Notes under the pieces: model-generated
The model's input: only the letters and a program-made list of their open reading frames with translations
What the model was told of the DNA's origin: nothing
The model's database searches: none
Translations under genes and position numbers: made by a program
Source: Vicugna vicugna
Lineage: Eukaryota
Direction of reading: 5' to 3'
Length of the DNA stretch: 64,000 bases
NCBI GenBank assembly: GCA_013265495.1
Contig: MU058221.1
Span: forward strand, 5,440,066-5,504,065
Shown: positions 54,601 through 64,000 of the stretch, piece by piece
Position numbering within the stretch: the first letter of the stretch is position 1
Layout: every line of letters begins with the position of its first letter

Positions 54601-55079
54601 GGTGAGGACCGGGTTAGGGAACGTCTGCAAACTGCTCAGAGCGGTGCCTGCTGCAAGGGAGAGCTGAGCGGACGGTGGCTTTTGTTGTCACCACCATTAT
54701 GGCCACAACTATTATTATTTACGTGAGAAGACAAGAGGCTAATTTTCAAAGCAATCAAATTATTCCCTTCTAATTGTTTCACCTAATTATTAGCAAAAAT
54801 TAATCAAACTATTTCCTCTAACTTCTGGGGAACCTGACTGGGCCCTTAACCCCTCCTGCCTACTGTCAGCCTGTTCACGGATCAACAGACAGCTAAGGTG
54901 AGCAGAGAAGGGAAAGAAAATTACATTCAAACAACTGGGTCCAGTGTGAAGCCACAGAGGTATGTGTGGTGGGAAAAGAGGCTGGGACGCAAGGACCGGG
55001 CCAGCTGCCTGATTCCCCCAGATGGCAGAGTCACCTGCACCTGCTCCCGGGAGCTTCCAGGAGGAGAGGGCATTAGTCA

Positions 55080-55685
<606 letters not shown>

Positions 55686-56214
55686 TCAGTCTGGGCTGAG
55701 TGTGGCCTCTGTCTCATGTTTTATTCAACGAAAGAAAAGGAGAATTTTTAGTCTGGAGTGAAACCCTAAAAATCTTTAGGAGACAGCTACTAAGTCCCTC
55801 TGGTACTCTGGGAAATAGCTCCTCGCCCAGCACAGGCTTGATCCTGGCTCTGGGCTCAGAGGCACAAGCAAACGAGGCTACAGGCCTCTGTTCAGTAATC
55901 CCCGTCTTCTTCGGGGATGCATGGCCTTTCCAGAATCTTGAATTCCTCTGAGAATCAGTCTACTAAAAATGCAAGAAATGGACACATCTGAAGACAGCGT
56001 ATCTACAAAGAGCCGTAAAACCCCAGGGCTTGAAAGGACTTGGCAGACCTCTACAACCCCCTGCACACATACAAACATGTTATTCTAAATATGAATTCCA
56101 TGTCATAGAAATACATGCCCAATCTCATCCAGCAGAGCTACACTGAAACACAGGGTTCTTGATTCCCACTTCAATGCTTTCTGAAAATGTTTTATTGCAC
56201 TTAAAAATTAATAA

Positions 56215-56500
56215 GAAGTTTAAATTGCCATAGTCTTTTGGGAAAGCAATTTCACAATAGATTTTAGAACATTTAAAACTCATTTCTTTTGGCCTTTTAT
56301 TATGAAAAAGATGCCAATGCAAGGTTATAGGAACATGTATGTTTATGTAGCAGTGTTTATAATGGCAAAAGCTGGAAATAGCCTGGCTGCCCCACAGAAA
56401 GGGGCGTAGGTGGATAAACCATGGTACAGATTGTGGAATATTATGCAGTGATGAAAAAGGATGATTTAAATCTATACCAGTCCTGAAGTGATGGCAATCA
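56215..56500 (+). mobile_element. L1ME-like fragment (similar piece at ~43570-43900)
   Basis: gcagtgtttataatggcaaaagctggaaa...ggataaaccatggta...tggaatattatgcag. Confidence 0.65.
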
Positions 56501-58422
56501 TGTACTCCAGCAAGACAAAAGCAATCCAGGTGACAGAATGAAGCAATTTAAAACCCAACCCAACTCTACATGTTTCTATACGTGAGGGAAAAGGGTGCTT
56601 AGCTCCTCACCAATTTGCTTCTATGGCCTCCTTGGGGCTGGGGCACTGGGGAAGGAAAGTAAGGCACAGACCATCACCTTTACCTTCATCATCTTAGTGT
56701 TATTTATGTTACAATGAATGTGTATTACTTCTATACAGTTTTTTAAAAAGATCTTCAACTATTTCTAAAGAAAGAAAAAGTACACAAGTGATATGTTATT
56801 GTAGGGGAAAATATAGAAAATACAAACTTAAAGAAGAGAGTGAAAATCATGAGTAATTTTACTCCTAAAAGACAACCACTGCTCACATTTTTTTGTTCCT
56901 ACCAATATCAACATGCCATTGGTCACATCTTCCTGACAGAACCCCTCCTCTCACTGACTTGAGTATAAGCTGACTCGAGTATAAGGCCCTTTATCTCATG
57001 GTATATTAACTACTGGGCTTCCTAAATGATGAGCAGAAACATTACCTCAAAAGAGATGCATGCGGCAACTGCTGCCCTCATCATCCCGTGGGCTGCCCTC
57101 AGCAGCCCAGAGGCATGATGGAGACTCAATGAGACCTCCCCCGACCCTAAGTCTCCCTGAATTACCCAGCACACAATAGGTCGGGGGAAAAAATTACAGC
57201 GGGTTTAGTTTCCTCTTGTGTTGCCCGGATTATAAAGTTGTATCAGGAAGCTGGTTATAGAGAAAGGCTAGAGGTTAATAAGAGATGTTCCCCACCCTCC
57301 ACCCCCTCATTCCTGTTCAGCTGAGCTGAAAGTTTCCTTCTACTCAGGGGAGCAGGGAGCAGAATACCCCTCAGCTTCTAAAAGGCAGTCCTAAAAGCAG
57401 CTGGCATGGAGTCAGTCTTTCTGCTCCCCAAGGAACCCAAACCCGCCCTTCCCCTGCCCCCACATTCATGTTTCCAAGGAGACCTGGATTCAGAGGACTC
57501 CCACGAATGTCTGCCCAGGGCACGTCACAGAGCCACAGCTGACTTTCAAGGTCTTATTTCCTTAGCTTCTCAAGGGAGAAACTGCCGAGACCTGTGGCTC
57601 AGGCCCAAAACCCCAGGCTAAGCCTCGGATCTGAGTCTCGCAAATTGGAGACACCGTCCAGCGTAAGCAAACTCCACAGCTGGGCAGGCTCGCAGGCCAG
57701 TCTAGCAAGCACCGGCCAATCCAAACAGAAGCCCTGGAGCACAGAGTGCTCCCCTCGCCAACCCAAACCTGAGGCCCTTCCTTTCTCTTGTCTCTAAATA
57801 AACACTGCAGTGAAAAGTACTGTGCCCAAGTGCCCGGGTCAGAGTTCTCAGAGGCAGTCCCGGAGCCAAAGATCGGCTCCTGGCCGACTGCGGGGCCGCG
57901 AAATGAGGCTTGCCGGGCCTGGCCACTTCCTCCTCCAATTACGAGGTCCCGGGGAAGGGAGAGCGGTTTCCCACCTCCCAGGGGAAATGGGCCTTCCAGT
58001 CATCCTTCCCCTTCTCGTCTGACCTGCAGTTTGTCCTTTCCTGGACGTGGACCTCTTCTTCCCAATCATGTCACCCAGCCCTTCAGCCTGGTCCTGATTC
58101 ATATGCAGTATGTTGACCAAAAAAAACCTACTTTATAAACTACAAATAAATCACAGATGCATGTGTATCTGGTTACAGGCATACGTATTACACATATCAT
58201 TATTGAGACTCCGGAAACCAAACCCTTAGTCCCCAGGTCCAGTCTAAGGACCACTTTAATCGTGGTGTTAAGGCCCAAGGTGCTCTAGCCCCACCTGGGG
58301 GGATCAGGTAAGCACCCGGAAGCCCCTGGGGAACACCCAGGTATGGGGGCAGCCTCATCTGAGGGAGGCAGGAATTGCTCTCACAGCATCCCGCACCACA
58401 CTCACTGAGGCCACAGCTGTCA

Positions 58423-58719
<297 letters not shown>

Positions 58720-58926
58720 CTAGACACAAGGAGTAGATGTGAAAGTTCAGGGTGGGCAGGAAAAGGTTATATGGATCCAAAGTCTGACTCAACAGTCTGC
58801 CTGACTTCTCCTGTAAGACACGGAGGTGCTTCTAGCCAAGAAGTTTCTTCAGGAAGTCAAGTAACATCCTGTCTGTCTTCTCCAGCCATTTTCCCAGACT
58901 TGCTCTCTTAAGGGAAGAGGTGGTCA

Positions 58927-59021
58927 TTTATTTTCTTTTTTTTAAATGGATGTACTGGGGATTGAACCCAGGGCCTCATGCATGCTAAGCATGCACTTTA
59001 CCACTGAGCCAAACCCACCCC
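58927..59021 (-). mobile_element. tRNA-Ala-derived SINE (vic-1-like), second copy
   Basis: Reverse complement reads ggctcagtggtaaagtgcatgcttagcatgcatgaggccctgggttcaatccccagtacatcca plus A tail. Confidence 0.85.
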
Positions 59022-59629
59022 ACTAAAGCCCCCACCCCCTACCCCAGTCTCCTTTTCTAGCAGAGTCTGTCTGAAGAGACTAACCTGAGTGTTGCAGTTT
59101 ATATATCAGAAAAAAATTTTAATCCATCTTAAAATTTCACCATGTCCTCGTTTGTCAAGAAACTCATAGTCCCCCCAAAGAAGGAATACAGCATGAGACC
59201 CCAGCTTGAGGGGGGTGACAAACGCCTGCTCTCAAGTACCACCCCGACCCCACATTCCCACCCCAGCAGCCATCACTAATCGATGGAGGTCCGTGCCCTG
59301 AGCCCAGACATGGTATCCAAGTCTCTTTATTTGGCTTAAGACGGTCTCCTGATACATGAGAATGCTGTGCTCCATTTAACACCAGATCTGCACCACACTC
59401 CAAGAAAAACGAGTTCCCCGGTTAAGTGAATTTTGAGCTACTGAATATTAAAACCCTCTGATGCTTCAAAATGCCCATAACTGCATTAGAGACTCAGAGA
59501 AGGCCTACGTTAAGGAACTCATTGAACGCTGGCCAGGTCTCTGCCTGAGAGGCCACCGTGGCTACCCCGCCCCGTGGCTGCCCTGCGTTTGCTGACGCTC
59601 TGACCACCGCCTGACAGAGTGTTTATGTA

Positions 59630-60064
59630 CAGACGGTCCCCAACCTATGATTTTTCGACTTTACAATGGTGCGAAAGCAGAAATCGTACTTCTACTGAAT
59701 TCTGATCTTTTCCAGGGCAAGTGAAACTTGGTTCGACAGTCTCGTGAAGCCGGGCAGTGGCAGCGGCTGCGAGCCACCGCTCCTGGTCAGCCACGCGATC
59801 ACAAGGGTAAACAACCGATACACTTACAGCCGAGCTGTTCTTCACTCTCAGCGCAGTATTCAATAAATCACATGAGATAGTCAACACTTTATTATAAAAT
59901 GGGCTCTGTATTAGATGATTTTGCCCAACTGTAGGCTAACGTAAGTGCTCTGAGCACGTTTAAGGTGGGCTGTGCTAAGCTGTGCCGCTCAGCTGGTCGG
60001 GTGCACGAAATGCACGTGATGGGTTCACGGGGATGCAACTCCATCATGAGTCGAGGAAGAATTG
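59630..60064 (-). mobile_element. Tigger5/MER47-like TcMar DNA transposon fossil
   Basis: TA|cagacggtcccc terminus, ttagatgattttgcccaactgtaggctaa core, gtcgagga terminus. Confidence 0.8.
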
Positions 60065-61433
60065 TTTTTGCACATTTGCTTGTGCATCTCCACTGCTGGA
60101 ACGCAAGCTTCACGGGGGACACGCCAGTCCGTCTGGTTCACTGCTGGATCTCTAGCTCCTTCCCCAAACTTATTTCACCTCCTCTGCTCTGTAACAACCG
60201 TCCACAGTGCTGTAAGGGAAGGGTGGGCCACAAGGGACCGAGATGCAGTTTCACACGCTCGGATTCTCCTCACAGCCATCCTGCAAGTTGACAGCCCTGG
60301 CCACCATGGCCCTGAGGCTTGGGGTAGGCTGGAGGTGGGCAGAGGGGCAACTTCAGAGTCCCTCCATTACCAAAGGAACCCACGTCGAAGAAAGAGATGC
60401 CAGCACCTTTGAGGTGGAAAGAGGAGGTGACATTCAAGGTCTCTCCCAAAGCTGGGGACACTGTGGGCACCATCAGGTCAAAGCCAAAAGGGGCAGTCCT
60501 TGCCTTCTGTCCAAAGAAAGCAACGAACAGGTCACGGGCCTCCCTTCCCAGGGCCTCAGGCTCAGGGATGTCACCAGTAGGCTGCCCAATGCCTTTCCCT
60601 GACCCAGCTTCCAGATGCAAAGACCCATGGTTCCTAGGAGGTGGTGCGCACGGGACTGGGCCTTCTCTACCCTGTCCCCTCATACGTCACGCCCTTGCCA
60701 GGACGCCCACATATGCCCGAGAGGGACGAGGCTGTGGCATGCGGGAGGCCACCGGGACATTTGAGCTCTGCTCTCTGCTCATTACCGGTGCTCTCCTGAG
60801 AACAGCAGGGAGGCCGAGCGAGGAAATGAGCCTCTCCACCCAGGGAATTAAACCACCTTCATAGTACTGACCTCAGGGCCCATTACTGGGGAAGCTGATT
60901 AAAGGGCTGCTGCTAACGAGCACCGCAGTGTGACGCGTGGGGAAGTGAGAAACAGAGGCCGGGCCCTGGGGAAACACTAATGGGCAGAAGGGGCAAACCG
61001 CTTACCCCGAGGAACAAGGAACGGGCAGAGGAGGAGGGCCATGTGCAGAGGCCTCCCCTCTGGGGCTCTCTCCTCTCCTCCTGCCACCGGGCAGGCACAT
61101 GGGTCGGAAACCCGCCTCCCCCTCCCCCTCTCTGTCATGTATTCAACCTGACTAGGAAGGTTTAAAGACTAGGCCAAGACAGACAGGAGGAAGACGGGAG
61201 GGCGGGACGTGCACCCTGCAGTCTGCTCCCCACGACCCGGGAGGTGGGTCCTCCTTGTGGGTGGAGGGTGTCAGGACACCTGGCGGGGAGTGAGAGTGAT
61301 GCTACCACACGGCCTCAGGTCCCCACCAAATGGTCTGTCTAGGGAGAGACAGAGGCTGTCCCCACCCAGGCCACCGCGATCTGCCGCACCCCTTCTCCCG
61401 GCCCCGCCACCACGCCCACCCGACAGCACATAC

Positions 61434-61556
61434 CATGGGAATTCCAATTTCGTTGGTGTTGATGTACATGTCTGGGCAGATGACCGAGCGCGCTGCATAG
61501 TCCACTCGCTTTCCCATCATGTGCTTTCGGAATAAACCATCTTTCTTCTCCAGGAT
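61434..61556 (-). CDS. POLR1A: POLR1A exon ~11, [26 protein letters not shown]...GIPM
   Basis: 123 nt; conserved [12 protein letters not shown] motif; tttaaag| acceptor, |gtatgt donor. Confidence 0.97.
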
Positions 61557-61683
61557 CTTTAAAGGTCCAGGGAAAGCATTTTAAAAAAAAAAGAAAGTAT
61601 GTTTATTATTGTCTTCCTTCGATACCAATATGTTTATCACTTAACGCCTTCAGTTATCAATGGGGATCCAACTTCCTGCTCAC

Positions 61684-61854
61684 CTGTCTAATGCCAGGGT
61701 ACTTTTCCATCATTAATTTGTCCATTTCGCTATCAAACACAATATTGACGTGGCTCTGAAGGCGAATCCAAATGTTGTAAAGTTTGTCCATGAGGGACTG
61801 GCCTGGAAGCAGACTCAAAAATGATCGGTCCATAGCAACTGAAGAGTCTTTTTC
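61684..61854 (-). CDS. POLR1A: POLR1A coding exon (~exon 10), [10 protein letters not shown]...EKYPGIRQ
   Basis: 171 nt, 57 codons; tgccag| acceptor, CAG|gtgagc donor. Confidence 0.96.
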
Positions 61855-62129
61855 CTGGCAAGACACAATCAAGAAAACAGATGTGATGGAAAAAACCTCA
61901 AGAAGGTCAGGCTTGGTTCTCTTTTTCTTTCTTACTGGAGCTCTGACAAATCACGGCTCTGGAGTTTGCCTTTATGTCTCTTGAACTTGACAGATCAGTG
62001 GCAGAAGTGCTCATAAATCAGTCCTGTCCGTTTGCATCAACAGAACGTTAGTCCTGTTACATATTTACCAGCTCGTCTCTTTCTGGGAGTGAAATGAACT
62101 CAAATTTCTAAGAAGGCTCCTTTCTTTTC

Positions 62130-62460
62130 TTTTAAACCAACACATACTTATTATTCCCAGTTTCTGAGAGTCAGGAATTTGGGCAAAGTTTAAGTGCATT
62201 CTCTGCTTTACAGTCTCCCCCAGGCTGCAATAAAGGAGTCAGCTGGGGCTACGGTCTCATCTGATGGCTCGACTGGGCGAGGATCCACTTCTAAGCGGAC
62301 GTGGCTGTTGGTGGAATTTGGTTCCTTGCAGACTACTCGACTGCAGTCCTCAGTTGCTAGTTGGTTGTTGGTCACAGGCCACCTTCAATTATTTGCCACG
62401 TGGGCCCCTCTAACATGGTAGCTTACTCCGTCAAAGTGTGCACGCCAAGAAGGTAACAGA
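62130..62460 (-). mobile_element. MaLR (MLT1F-like) LTR fragment
   Basis: cagtttctgagagtcaggaatttggg...gtctcatctgatggctcgactggg...ggatccacttc pattern. Confidence 0.7.
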
Positions 62461-64000
62461 GGCGTCTGCTAACAGCAGTTGCTGAAATCCCTTAGTATCT
62501 AATTCCCAAGGCAACTCTAAAAGTTCTTCCCACCCCACCTCTCTTCTTATGAAGCTCTCTTATCCTGCCAGATAACTGCTTCTCATATGGAGTTTCAGCT
62601 TTATTTACAGCTTTGGAAAAACTTGATTTGAAGCACTTATAAAAATGCAAGTGACACAATTTTTAAAAAGGAAAAATGTTTGCCATGTGATTTCCGATGT
62701 CATCATTAAGATGCGGGATATAGCAAGTCACTGGCTGATCTCCAAGCCTCACTGGACTATTTAACTAATCCTTTTCAATATTTCTGTTCCTGGCTCTACG
62801 TCTTCCTCTCCTCCCCCTACCTGCCCAAGAGACAGGCCCTGGGGCTGTAGGCTGCCCTGGAGGACCACCTACTGACACTGTCTGGAGACCTGAACTGGCC
62901 CCATTGGGCTGGGTATGACACAAGAGAGAGACAGATGGTCCCATGTCCCCTGGTGTGGGTCATCTGAGAGAAGAAACCTGTCAGTGTGTCAATGGGAGGG
63001 CGGTGGTGGTGGGGGGAGATCCAATAAATGAGAATGTCATGGATCCCAGCAGTGATGACGTGAGCTTGTCCTCAGCCCTGAGGAACAGAAGGGTCTTCTC
63101 AGCTACAGAGGGAACAGATGCATTTCTTCCTCTGGCTGAAGGAGCCTCACGGGGAGAGATGGTCATCTCTATGATGACAGGGACCCGGGCAGCCTAACCC
63201 AGTTCTTATGGTATCACCTGCCTTAGGGCCAGATGGCTACTTGTGAAATGAGTGAGACCCTGACTCGCCGGCACATCCTCAGTGCCTAGAGCGGCGCCCA
63301 GCTCACATCAGGCATTCACAATTGGTACAGGGCCTAGAACGACGCCCAGCTCACACCAGGCATTCACAATTAGTAAGAGGGCTGCCATGGGAATAGGATG
63401 CCAGGAGCGAGTGTGGGAAGGAAAATAAGCTGCCTTATTTTCAAGGGACATCAATATAAAATCCTTACCCCTGGTCACTGGATCTGGCAACCCTATGGTC
63501 TTCCCCCTGAGACTGGACTAGGATCTACAGGTGGCAGATTTATTTTGCACTGAGGGTTTTTAAATCACATCTACGCTGGTAGATCAGAAAACTTAAGCAA
63601 AACCAAAGAAAGCCCCAAACCCAGAGCACCAGTGTCCAGGCCAGACAGTGGCGCCACCTGGTGACGAGCTTGGTTCAGAGCAGGCCTGTCTCAGCAGGGG
63701 AAGGGAGAACCCTGTCTGTCTACTCAAGGCTGAGAGTCCTTCCTATTTGCATTCAGAGTGCATCTTGAGCTGGGAAGGATGTCGGTGATCTCAGCAAGCT
63801 TTCTGAGCGCCTGACTCATCTTTATACCCACTGAGGACCTGGCACACTGAAGGGAAATGTTTGATGAAATGGGAAAACTGAATTCAGCTCCACCATTTTC
63901 TGAGAAATCTCAGAAATCTCATAGTCACATTCTGGGGAAGTCCCAGAAAGTACACCACTGCCTTCCTGACCCCAACGCTGGAGACCTTAATGAGCCAAAA

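Overview
Mammalian genomic DNA, probably camelid because it carries tRNA-Ala-like SINEs resembling vic-1 and I saw no Alu or Bov-tA/BovB elements. The window holds the 3' part of POLR1A, the largest subunit of RNA polymerase I (RPA1/A190), on the minus strand. There are 25 coding exons between 61854 and the TAG at 19334, corresponding to exons 10-34 if numbered back from a 34-exon human-type gene. All junctions are GT-AG and in phase, giving about 1357 codons that include the catalytic NADFDGD motif, bridge helix and trigger loop. A likely poly(A) signal sits at 18511-18516, and the upstream exons lie beyond base 64000. Bases 1 to ~18.4 kb appear intergenic and contain a full-length RPS19 processed pseudogene inserted into a MER20 element, on the same strand as POLR1A. 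The rest is ordinary interspersed repeats (L1, L2, MIR, MaLR/ERVL LTRs, hAT and Tigger fossils). I found no convincing novel biological system. The most notable items are nested retrotransposition events and a few candidate regulatory elements. Repeat family names come from recalled consensus sequences, not from a RepeatMasker run.
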